Positions 13,232-24,224 of a stretch of 64,000 nucleotides of DNA are shown in pieces. Made by a program: the position numbers and the translations under genes. The number at the start of each line of letters is the position of its first letter. Within the stretch, counting starts at the first letter, position 1. A model generated the notes under the pieces. It was not told the DNA's origin. It worked only from the letters and a program-made list of their open reading frames with translations, and made no database searches. The stretch is taken from positions 310,001 to 374,000 of the forward strand of contig NW_027251843.1 of the NCBI RefSeq assembly GCF_044704955.1, given 5' to 3'. The stretch comes from Pristiophorus japonicus. Its lineage: Eukaryota.

Positions 13232-14690
13232 TGTAAGGGGTGGTTTGCAGGGGGTCAGCTATCCCTTCTGACCTTATATGAGCGGTTCCGAATCGCTCCC
13301 ACACCCTTGGTTCTCGACACTGGAATTATGAAGGGACTGTGACAGACTTGGACAGACAATCGGTTTCAAGGTAGGAAGCAGGTATGACTTTATTGTGTTG
13401 AAAAAAGAAGTAAAAGGCACACCTTTAATAACACACACAGACCAATACACACTGAAGGGTACAACACATTGAATAAAATGTCAAATTACAGCCTGTGGGG
13501 AAAAGAATACAGCTTAAACTCTAAATGGGGTAAAGAGGAGAACGCAGATACATTTACACAAGTTATCCCAGCCTCCCCACTCCCAATTCCCCTAACTAAC
13601 TAAGTTATAGCTCTGAGGGTTCAGGGGCCATGCTCACCAATCCCTTTAGACAGTTGCTGGTGAATCGCGGTTTCGGGGTTCGCTACACTTGGCCTTCTAG
13701 GCGAGCCGTACCCCGGACGGAGGAGAGGACTTCGGACTGCGTAGTCTTCAGTTGGGGTGCATCCGTTGATGCGGTAAGTTGCGTTTTGGATGTATGGGGT
13801 AAGTACCCACTTTCTTTGGTTAGGAATAGTTTTAGTTAGTCCCTTTTGGTAATTTCTCCCCCGTTGGGTCGTTCAGAAGTAGATTGTAGAGCGGTTGTCA
13901 ATTTGCTTGCTGACAACCTTCCGTTTCGTGGGCCTCGTGCTCGGTCAGTTCCTGATCAGTTCTGGTAGTTTCCTTCACTATTCCATTTCTTCACTGTAGA
14001 GCAAGCAGGCTGCTTGTTTGTGTTTGTGTTCCAGTCTGTGCGAGTTCCAGTCTGTGTTCTGCTTCTCTCCTGTGTTCTGCTAGTTTCTGTGTTCTGCTAG
14101 ACTTTCTTTGTAAAACTGGGGGATAAATATATACCCCAAAAAAAGGCTCCGTTATCTCCCATCAAATCTCTTGGGCTCTGTTTAAACTGTTCTGTCCATT
14201 GATTTTCAAATGTCTCCTTTATCAGCAGTAACTCGATTAGGGTGTGAGAATGTGCTATCACTGGTTTTGCATTGTTTTAGGATTGTCCAGTTTCTTGACC
14301 ATGATTTCCATTGTGCTTGATTGGGTAATTCGATTATCTCTTAGAGGGTGAACAGCCTGGGGTCCTTAATGCACGAATTTGGCCCCACCTCCTGTATTTG
14401 GTAACTCTTTCTCGCAGCCAAAATGTTGTAGAATATTAAAATTGATATGCTCCTTCCCATAGATGTTTAGGGGATCTCAAGCTTCTGTAATTTAGGTTCA
14501 TTTTGAATTCCCTTTCCTATGAGTCCAAACACTGGGTGGGGTGGGGGGGGTCTGCATGAATGCATTCCCTTTTATCCCCCGCAGGTTCCGTCTGCCCCTT
14601 TAAACTCATTTTAAAAGCCCAGAAAGGGATTCTTCTCCTCTGTAGGGGAAAGGTACCTGGAATCTTTGCGAGATTTTGGTAAATTCTACA
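13232..14690 (-). mobile_element. Solo LTR (1459 bp), related to the copy A LTR
   Basis: TG...CA ends, 4-bp TSD AAGC (13228-13231, 14691-14694), minus AATAAA 13389-13394, TATA-like ~14125-14133. Confidence 0.88.
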
Positions 14691-14731
14691 AAGCTGTGGG
14701 ACACTAAGGCTATGAAACCGAAGCTGAGTCT

Positions 14732-16245
14732 TGTAGCAGGTGCAAAATTCACAACAACCCTCCCCCCCCCGCCCCCGAGTGTTTGGGCTCATTCGAAAGG
14801 AAAGTTAATTTGGGACTATCTACCGAAAGTTTGGAACCCTAAAGTGCTTATTGAAGAAACTACGAACTTTAATAGAATTTTGGATTTTAAAAGACAAATT
14901 CAAGGCTGTAGGTGGACCTAAAGAACTAACAGGAGACAGTCTAACTAAGTGGAGCTACCTGGGTGTGAGGACTAAGTTAACCTGTCTGGAGGGATGAGTA
15001 TTCAAAAATCCTTCCCCCACAAGAAACATTAATGTCACAAAATCACCCAGAAGTAGCTACCGATCAACATGGGTCTGGACAACCATTTCAGCATATACAT
15101 CACAAAGAGACTCAATCCAGCCAGTATGCGAAAGAATAAGCACAAAAGGACATTGCAATTAACAAACTAATATTTCCATCAGGAAACAGTTTTCGAACAT
15201 CAACTCACCCAAAACATATCAACTTTTAATGAGCCCACCAAAATATTACAAAGGTGAACCAAGCCCGCCAAAATTACACAAAGGATTTTAAACAGGTTTT
15301 GTGCCAAGATTAGAAACACTGAAATCATATAACTGGCCCCTGTTTTCAACAGAGGGTATGACACACTTTGCTATACAACCGAGACCAAGTTGTTGTCATC
15401 AAGACAAAGAGAGAAACCAAAGTGACAGTTGTAAACTGACTTCTCCAGCCTTGAAGTCCTGAAGTCCTGAAGGCAGGAAGAACATCACCATCGCGGCAGC
15501 AACCAACCACAGTCAACGTGGTATCAACGGAAAACCACCGCGATCGACCAAACTCGAACAAAACTCCAACGAGGAAAAACTGAAGAATTGAAAAAGTTTC
15601 CACTCTACAATCTAATCCTGACCTACCAACGGGTAAAACATTACCTAAAAGACTGTAGAAACCTATTTCTAATGAAGAAAACCAGGTACTTACCACATAG
15701 ATCCAAAACACACCTTACCGCATCAGCGGACTCAACCCAACTGAAGATTGCACAGCTAGAAGTCTTCTCTGTCATTCGGGGTATGGCAAGCAGAACCTAC
15801 CACATCCAGTGAACCCCAAAACTGTGATCTACCGTTAACTGTCCAAAAGGATTGGTCAGCATAGTCCCTGCCTGCCCTGGAGTCCAACCTAGCTAGGCTT
15901 AGGTATTGGGAGGTGGGAGGTATCATTTTACTGCAACCACCTTTGAATGTGTAGTGTATGGTACTTTATTAGATTGTTTATAAGTACCTTGTACTTTTCC
16001 TTGTATTGTCCTTTATTAGAGTGATTGTAAGTTTGGCCTTGTATTTTCTTACTAGAGTAATAAGCTTGTATAACCTTGACTGTAATAAAACCAAAGTTTC
16101 TTTTTGCATCAAACCAGTGTCCTTTGCACTTTTGACACCCTCCCCAAATAAATCCAGAGTACAGAACCCAAGGGGGTGGGAGCGATTCGAACTGCTCAAG
16201 TTGGTCAGAAGGGAGCCTGACCCCCTCATAGAGAACACCTTTACA
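14732..16245 (+). mobile_element. Solo LTR (1514 bp), related family, opposite orientation
   Basis: TGTAG...TTACA, TSD GTCT/GTCC (14728-14731, 16246-16249), AATAAA 16084-16089; its 3' 100 bp resembles the reverse complement of 13232-13340. Confidence 0.88.
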
Positions 16246-17934
16246 GTCCAGTCAATGCCAGATTGCATACTTACACTAAGGAACTCATACCGGTGCTCGG
16301 CAATGCAGCAATCGAGATGTCATATGACATTGTGGTACACGAGCTACCATTATGGATCACCCCAGGTAATGGTCCAACTGTTCGGCAGGAATTGGCTCGA
16401 GAAAATCAAGCTGAACTGGAATGTTGTCAAGATGTTACCCTTGGTGGATGATACTTCATGTGCTCAAGTATTGAAAAAATGTCCTTCTTTGTTTGAACTG
16501 GGCATTGGTAATTTTATGGGAACCAAGGTGCAGATTCACCTGGACTCCAATGCAAGGCCTGTCTATCACAAAGCTTGGTCTGTTCCATACACGTTGAGGG
16601 AGAAGGTTGAAATTGAGCTTGACAGACTCCAGCATGAAGGGATCATATCACTGGTCAAGTTTAACGAGTGGGCTAGTCCCATTGTTCCTGTGTTGAAGTG
16701 TGATGGCACTGTCAGGATTTTTGGAGACGACAAGGTTGCAATTAACCGGTTTTTGAAACAGGATCAGTATCCATTACCGATGGCTGATGACCTGTTCGCC
16801 ATGTTAGCTGGTGGAAAGTCGTTCACAAAACTGGAACTGACATCGGCCTATATGACCCAGGTGCTTGTCAATACTTTGAAGAAACTCACCTGCATGAACA
16901 CCCATAAAGGACTGTTCATCTACCACAGGTGTCCTTTTGGGATTCGTTTGGCTGCAGCCATATTTCAGAGGAGTATGGAGAGTTTACTGAAGTCCATTCC
17001 TAGAGCTGTCATGTTTCAAGATGACATTCTGGTCACAAGTCACGACACTGCTGAACATCTGAACAATCTTGAAGAAGTCCTACAGCATCTCGACAAAGTG
17101 GGACTCAGGCTGAAACGATCGAAGTGTGTATTCATGGCACCTGAAGTCGAATTTCTCGGGAGGAAGATTACTGCTAGTAGCATTAGGCCCACTGATTTGA
17201 AAACCAAGGCCATCAAAAATGCACCCAGGCCTCAAAATGTGACGGAGCTGCATTCATTCCTTGGGCTACTCAACTACTTTGGCAATTTCTTACCCAGATT
17301 GATCACTTTACTCGGGCCACCGCATGTGTTACTAAGAAAAGGCGACAACTGGGCCTAGGGTGTGTCTCAAGATAGAGCCTTTGAGAAAGCCAAAAATCTG
17401 CTATGTTCAAACAAGTTGCTTGTTCATTATGATCTGTGTGAGCCTCTTGTATTGGTCTGTGATGCTTCATCACATGGGGTTGGCAGTGTACTCCAACAAA
17501 CAAATGAATCGGGCAAACTACAACCTGTTGCATATGCTTTGAGAAGTCTGTCTAAAGCGATAGAAGGCTTACAGTATGGTAGAGAAAGAAGCTTTGGCCT
17601 GTGTGTATGATGTTAAAAAAATGCACCAGTACCTGTTTAGTCTTCGTTTTAAACTAGAAACGGATCACAAGCCACTCATTTCATTGTTTGCGGAAAACAA
17701 AGGTATTAATACCAATGCATCACCCGCATTCAAAGGTGGGCGCTGACATTGTCTGCCTATGATTTTGTCATCCATCATAGACCTGACACTGAGAATTGTG
17801 CCGCTGCACTGAGTCGTCTGCCTTTGCCCACACCTGAGGTGGAGATGCCTCAACCTGCAGATCTACTGTTAGTAATGGATGCTTTTGAGAGTGAAGGGAC
17901 TCTGCTCAACAAGTCAGGATCTGGACCAGCCATC

Positions 17935-18447
17935 TGGACAGGGAGACTAATGAGGACCTCGACCCATATCCTAGCACCAGTCCTGACCGAAACGCAGGTT
18001 AAAGAGGTCACACGGGACAGGTTTGTCAGATCTGTATGGTACTCTGAAGGGGCTGCATTGGGAAGAAGCTCACAATATGGGCAGGCAGCACCAGCAGGAT
18101 AAACTGCTGTGGAACCCCGGGTTACACAGGAATGGAGGGTAGGGGATCAGGTAATGGTCAGGAATTATACCAGAATAGGGGCATTTGAACCACTGTACAA
18201 AGGACCATATAGCATTGTAGACAAGGCAAGCCCTATGGTGTACACGATCCAGTTGCCAAAACATATCAAATGGTTCCATATAAACCAGTGTAAGCTGTAC
18301 AACCCCGGAGAGAAAAGTAAAAAGCGGGCGAAGGCCCCAGGAACAATAATGAGTTTGATCAGTGTAAGCCTCCCACCAATACTGTGGGATGATGAGGATG
18401 GAGAAGTAAGGGACGGAGCAGTAAGGTGGAGTGGTCAGGTACTGTGA
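17935..18447 (+). pseudogene. pol: Retroviral integrase C-terminus (GPY/F module), probably copy B
   Basis: TGRLMRTSTHILAPVL...WRVGDQVMVRNY...EPLYKGPYSIV...WFHINQCKLY. Confidence 0.85.
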
Positions 18448-18635
18448 CCTAGCGTGCCCTGGACACCTCCTCCATCTCCACCCCCGAGCCTCTGTAAGCC
18501 CAAGCATTGGGATAAAAGGAGAGGGAAGCAGTGATTGTAAAAAGGAGTTATGTACATTTGTGAATAACTGAAGGAGGACCTGTGAGGGGGAGGCCCCCCA
18601 GAGCAAAGGTATTTCTTTCATTTTTGTCTTTATAG

Positions 18636-20025
18636 GAGCGAATCGAGCCAAGGGTACGAGAGGAGGTGGACATTGTGGATAGGCCTGTGGATGGCCATTA
18701 TTATTAAAGGATTGGGAGATCGGGGAGACACCGAGACATTCCTTACACACGGGTGTATGGGAGGAACCAGCCCCACTGTAACTCAAGGGGGAGCCATACG
18801 GAGTAACAAGGGCACAAACACCTCTGCTCACACTGGGAGCTGGCCAGGGTGGTTAGGGTCAAATTCGACCAAGTACTCCAGACAAACCGAAGGTAAACTT
18901 GGGGAGGTGTCAGTGTCCTGCCCCAAGCTAAACATCACGACCAGGAATGTACGGGTGAGAGAGGGGAGACGAGTTTGTCTGGAATGTAAAGGGATTACCC
19001 CCATGGGAGGGTGGTGGTGGTTACAGAAAACAGGCAGGGGAAAAGTTAATGCATCGACAGAATGGGAGAAACTGGGTAATAACTCAAACAGGCGGAGCAC
19101 AGGAACAAGAAAAGGGGAAAAATTGTGTTGGGAAAAGTGGTGGAAGGCGGAACAAGGGATTTATGTCTGTGTGGTTGGATCTAGCCACAAGTGCAGGGGA
19201 GGTGTGGCGATTGTTTTTAAATGACAATGGCAGGATTCTGGGTCAGGAATGAATTGGACGCAGGGTTTATTTTCTTGTGTGACCTTGAACCCGCCAAAAA
19301 CAGTCAATGCAACCGAGCTGATCGCGAGCAGATTAAAACCTCTCCCTAAAATGCTGGAGATTCCAATCCAAGAAATTCCATGTCCTGTCCTAAAACCCGG
19401 GCCTAAGAACGGGCTGGTGTTAATCCCAACAGGGAAAATGTTGTATCATACTGTGTATTATGAAGTAGTGTCGGTTATTCTAAATTTTAACAGAGTTACA
19501 AATACCCCGGTGGTGTCCGCCAGAACCAGAAAAGTTACATAAGCGTTTGTTAAAAGAAATATTTAAGCAATTCTATCAGAAGAATTATGGGGACAAAAGT
19601 TAGGTGGAAGCAGACAAACCAATAAGCAACAGCCAGACGGGTTGGGGGAGGCAAAAAAGGGGACTGATGAATGATGTGGGTACGGCATTTAATACAGGTA
19701 CATCGCGCAGTTGAAAGTCCAAGTAAACACCTTCAGGGACTAGTTAAAGAAGTTACTGGAGGAGGGTAGTGACATAGAGGGTAACGAATTACAGGAGGAC
19801 CAGGCAATGACAATCCATTTGAAGGAGATGATAGCTGAGGTGGAGACACACACTCAGACCATCAATGCTTTAATCAAGGAGGGTAGAAACGCGTCAGATC
19901 AAGCTGCTCAGAATGACGGGTGTGTCATGTACTGAGCTTAGTTGCTAAATTAAGGATGCAGTAATTTAGAGGATTTAAAACAAGGCCACGTACCGTCGTG
20001 GGTCAGTGACAAGCATCGAAAGGCT
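18636..20025 (+). pseudogene. env: env: signal peptide, Ig-like domain, class I fusion protein ectodomain (furin site, fusion peptide, heptad repeat); TM portion missing
   Basis: ORFs 18673..19224 and 19249..19542 share a frame across one TGA; +1 slip at 19485-19488; RQKR at 19649-19660 then GLMNDVGTAFNTGTS; many N-glycosylation sequons; splice acceptor at 18612-18635. Confidence 0.78.
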
Positions 20026-20029
20026 TTGA

Positions 20030-20686
20030 GTGTCTATAACAACAGGTTGATACAATCAAGCAATGGAGCCCATGGATTAATTGGCCAGAGGGGAAAATCA
20101 GTCCCTCTGGAGATTCCAAGCCTGTGAAAACCCAGGACATCAAAGGATCCCACAAGGCGTGCATTCTTGGATAACGGGGCACAAAAGATAAGGAGTTATC
20201 TTTTGCCCTGTCGATTCTGTGTGTGAATTGTGGCCATCCGACTAGATCCAGACCCATCATCACAGCCATCGAGACTCAACCAGATGCATTAACTGAAAGG
20301 CAGCCCAGCAGGAGATGTGTAGAATTGAATGGATATTGAATGGATATATCTGTAAGAGCTGAGAACAAGAGCTCAGAGAGAGGAACAACAGGTCGAAGAA
20401 ACACCTCAGACCAGCAGGTCAATGAACAACGGCCACGAAGCAGCAGCGGGGACCCAACACCTTCCCTCGCTCTAAGAGCCGACAATCGACAACAGCAACA
20501 GCAGGCTGGATGGGTGATTGTATGTCTTCGGTCAATCTCTAAGAAGTCTTGTTCCGTACTTTTTAGGGTTTTTTTGTGTAATAAACAAACAGTTGGATTT
20601 TATTCTAAACTTTGCTTTATGTGTGGTACTTCCTGTAATTCCCGAGGTCTATGAATCAGAGTAGAGTGGGAAACCAACACCCTACA
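20030..20686 (+). repeat. 5'-truncated LTR, possibly the 3' LTR of copy B; same family as 48201-49015
   Basis: Long near-identical match to the reverse complement of ~48201-48840; AATAAA at ~20580; ends CCTACA. Confidence 0.8.
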
Positions 20687-22604
20687 CCACATGAGGTCAT
20701 CACCGGGAGGGTTATGTGCACCCAACCCATGTGTTGGTGCCAGTCCTCACAGAAGCTCAGGTCAGGGAGGTAAACCGGGACAGGTTGGTCCAGAATCTGT
20801 TTGAGGTTTTAAAACAGATTCACTGGCAGGCAGCCAGTAACCTGGGGAGCCAGCACCGGGAAACATTGGTTGTTGCTCGAGTCCCGGAGAAGCCACGAGT
20901 GGAAGGTGGGAGACCAGGTAATGTTCAGGAACTGTGCCCGAGTGGGGGCATTCGAGCCACTGTACATGGGGCCTTATAACATCGTAGATAAGGCCAGCCC
21001 CATGGTATATGCAGTCAGACTCCCGAACCGCACAAAATGCTGTCACATCAACCAGTGTAAGTTGTTTAACCCCAAGGGGGTGACGACAAAGGCAAAGAGA
21101 AACCAGGGCACAATAATGAGCCTGGTGGACGCGGGTCTTCCTCCCATGGTGTAGGACGATGATGATGACCCAGATGGCGGGACAGTAAGGAGAAACAGTC
21201 GGATACCACGGCTTAGGGCGCTGTGGACACCTCCTTACTCACCGGCCGCGAGCCGCAAGATTTTAACTGGGGGCACTCGATAACGCAGAACGAACGGAAT
21301 ATATATGTAAATAACGAAAGCCCAACCTGTGGAGGGAAAAACCGCTCACAAAATGGTTGTGCTGTATCTGTCTTAATCAGGAAATCAGAAGAAACGGGAG
21401 CCCGGGTGTAATTGATCAGTTATGGACCCACAATGCACCTCCCGCAGCAGAAGATGACGGAATTCCAGATATTTCCGGTTTTGGTGACAAAATATCATCA
21501 GGGGGATTGTAGCACCAGCTTTCTGGCCATTTCTATCAACAATATTTTAAATCCTTAAATCCAAATCCCCAAGAAAGATCTGTACTGTTTGGCGAGCTTG
21601 TCGGGGTGACACTGAGGTGCATTCATATTCAACCGGATATTTCACACTGACAGGCTGGGTGGCAGGGAACCCAGGCCCATTGATGTCATCACCATCTAAA
21701 GTGATTCCTGGGAACAATATCCCGAGAGGTAACTCAGAGACACTGTGCCTTTGCATTATTAAAGCACAGTCACCACTCAGTCCCAACCCAAACTGGTGCA
21801 AGGCAGGAAATGGCCGGCCCATTGTCTTCCAGGAGATAAGCCGGTTAAGCAAGATCGGTTTGTGATCGAAACCCATTACGGGCTAATGGGGGCCATCAAC
21901 TCAGGAAACGACAGACATCCAGTAATCAGCACCCATTGTCTCTCCAGACGCAAGGCCTGGGAGCGGGAAAACAAAACATCATTTTTCACAAAGATTTCAA
22001 AGACTACGAGCCATTCCAGGCCACAGGGTGGGGAGTCCAGACAGATCACTGGAGTCAATCCATCGGTCAGTATTGGTGGGAGGAAAGGTGATGGGTTTTG
22101 GGGATATAAGGAGCCACTTTGCAACAAGCTCCAGCTCAGGAAGAAGAAAGCTCCGGAAAAAGCCCAGGAAAAAGCTCAGGAAAAATCGCAGGAAAAAGTC
22201 CAGGAGGGAGACGTTCAGGAAGAAGCTGCAAGCAAGACAACGGGCAATCAGGGTGAGCATATTGCCTGCGCCTACACATCCACAAGACCACTTAGCTGTG
22301 TGAGGGGGTGATTGTAAGTCCCAACCAAACCCAAGGGGTTTAGTGCTGGGGGGATCCTGTGTTAGTTTATTTCACGGCAGTGTTCATTTATTAAGCCGTG
22401 GTAACTTAGCACGGCACGGCTTATTGGACAAGCCAGGGTTGTACTGTTTTGCACTGTTTATGAGTGGTGTTGTTAATATTATTAAACACTAATACGGTTC
22501 AGCCCAAAAAATGTGTGTCCGAGTCTGATCTGTCCATATAATCCTATCGTCCAGAACTTGTAGTAGGAGGTGCGTTTTTGGTACGCCCGAGAAAACCACC
22601 TATA
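20687..22604 (+). mobile_element. Retrovirus-like copy C: integrase C-terminus, ~1.1 kb unassigned region, PPT and short putative 3' LTR
   Basis: ORFs 20716..20979 and 20870..21154 are paralogous to 17935-18447; purine tract GAGGGGGTGAT then TGTAAG at 22313; ATTAAA 22481-22486; ends aaaccacctata like the other LTR ends. Confidence 0.65.
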
Positions 22605-23150
22605 GGCAACCTCTCAGTACTGCCCCTCCGACAGTGCAGCGCTCCCTCAGTACTGCCCCTCGGACAGTGCAGCACTCCCTCAGTACTGCCCGTCTGACAG
22701 TGTAGCATTCCCTCAATACTGCCCCTCTGACAATGCGGCACTCCCTCGGTACTGCCCTTCCAACAGTGCGGCAATCCCTCAGTACTGCCCCTCCGACAGT
22801 GTGGCACTCCCTCAGTACTGCCCCTCCGACAGTGCAGCACTCCCTCAGTACTGCCCCTCTGACAGTTCAGCACTCCCTCAGTATTGCCCGTCTGACAGTG
22901 TAGCATTCACTCAATACTGCCAATCTGACAATGTGGCACTCCCTCAGTACTGCACCTCTGACAGTGCAGCACTCCCTCAGTATTGCCCCTCTAACATTGC
23001 AGCACTCCCTCAGTATTGCACCTGTGACAGTGCAGCACTCCCTCAGTATTGCCCCTCTGACAAAGTGGCACTCCCTCAGTACTGCACCTCTGACAGTGCA
23101 GCACCCCCTCAGTACTGCCCCTCTGACAGTGCAGCACTCCCTCAGGACTG
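22605..23150. repeat. 33-bp minisatellite derived from SINE body
   Basis: ~16 copies of ctccctcagtactgcccctccgacagtgcagca; the unit also appears once inside SINEs at ~25365-25395 and ~37470-37500. Confidence 0.9.
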
Positions 23151-23869
23151 CACAGTAGTGTATCTCTTTAGTTTGCATTCAGGTCCCTGGAGTGGGGCTT
23201 GAACCCACGATAAAATATTGCATCACTGGATGCCGCACAGTCTGAGCTGTGAGTCATATCCCGACCTCAGTTGGAACTGCTAACTCAGAACAAACAACAA
23301 CAGCAACTTTTATACAGCACCTTTAACACAGTAAAACTCCCCGAGCGCTTTACAGGAGACTTATAGAATAAAGATTGACAGTGAGCCACGTCAGGAGACA
23401 TTGAAAATTGCAGCTCAGTCAAATTGTGAGGGAAATTGGCAGTGCTGTCTTCATACCAAAAGGGGGCGATGTTGCTTCTGAGAAGACCAAATTTTTTGAC
23501 AATTTCTGTGTCACTCAATTGATTGGTTTGTAAAACCCGTTTGTTCCAAACCTCCAGTCAGGTTTGCAGAATCATTTCCAGTTCCCCACGTGTCATTTGA
23601 TGGTGGATCTCAGCGTGTATCTCCTCGTCCGCTCGTGAGGCGGTGTCTCAGACCGATTGGCCAGTCAGCAGCCACTCCGCACTGCAGCGAGCATTGGCAG
23701 GCCATTCCACTGTGGGAGGCCTCACTGCGGAGCTCGGTGCACGGGGTATATCCACACAGAGACGCTCTGCCACCAGGTACAGCAGCAACAACCTGCATTG
23801 CTATAGCAACTGGAACTTTAGAGCAACATCCCGAGGCAGCTGACAGAGGCGTAATCTGGTCAAAGTGGT

Positions 23870-24060
23870 GCTGAGCCAAAGGGGGAGGGGCTGGGAGGGT
23901 GATCAAAGCCCTCAGTCACAGATTGGGTTTGAAGGGAGGTCTTAAAAGAGGAGAGGGGTGGAGTGGCAGAGAGGTTTAGGGAGCAGGGAGTTCGGGCCAA
24001 GGCAGCTGAAGGCACGGCCCCCAATGGAGGGGGAAGGGAAGGGGGGATGGATAAGAAGCC
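23870..24060 (-). mobile_element. L2 LINE 3' fragment
   Basis: Reverse-complement similarity to 31440-31600. Confidence 0.5.
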
Positions 24061-24224
24061 TGAGCCAGATACAGCAGCCCCTGAACACAACAACAACTTG
24101 CATTTATATAGCGAGTGTTGTGACAATGACAGACAGTGAGAATATAACCCTGATAATGTAACACAGTATTTGCAGCACTTGACACTGTGGGGAAAACTTG
24201 TAATTTTAAATCCATGAACTGTAC

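Larger units (their letters stand above)
12033..17930 (+). mobile_element. Second Mag-like Gypsy element (5' LTR, gag, pro, RT, RNase H), 3'-truncated, carrying two solo LTR insertions
   Basis: LTR 12033-12227 (TGTTA...TTACA, AATAAA), PBS TGGCGACGAGG 12230-12240, gag ~12267-13100, ELDTG at ~13180, RT in ORF 16006..17358 (FQDD), RNase H to ~17900. Confidence 0.9.

Noticed and set aside
13232-16245. A single 3-kb element with terminal inverted repeats
   Set aside because: A 41-bp piece of host Gypsy protease and separate TSDs lie in the middle, so these are two solo LTRs
16006-16245. Hydrophobic N-terminal extension on the 450-aa RT ORF
   Set aside because: It is LTR sequence read through by chance into Gypsy pol
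18922-19221. The env Ig-like domain being captured from the neighbouring kappa V or C
   Set aside because: No visible similarity beyond generic Cys/Trp motifs and no RSS; proximity is probably coincidental
22544-23202. CRISPR-like array or Cys-rich repeat protein
   Set aside because: Head-to-tail units without unique spacers, SINE-derived, eukaryotic context
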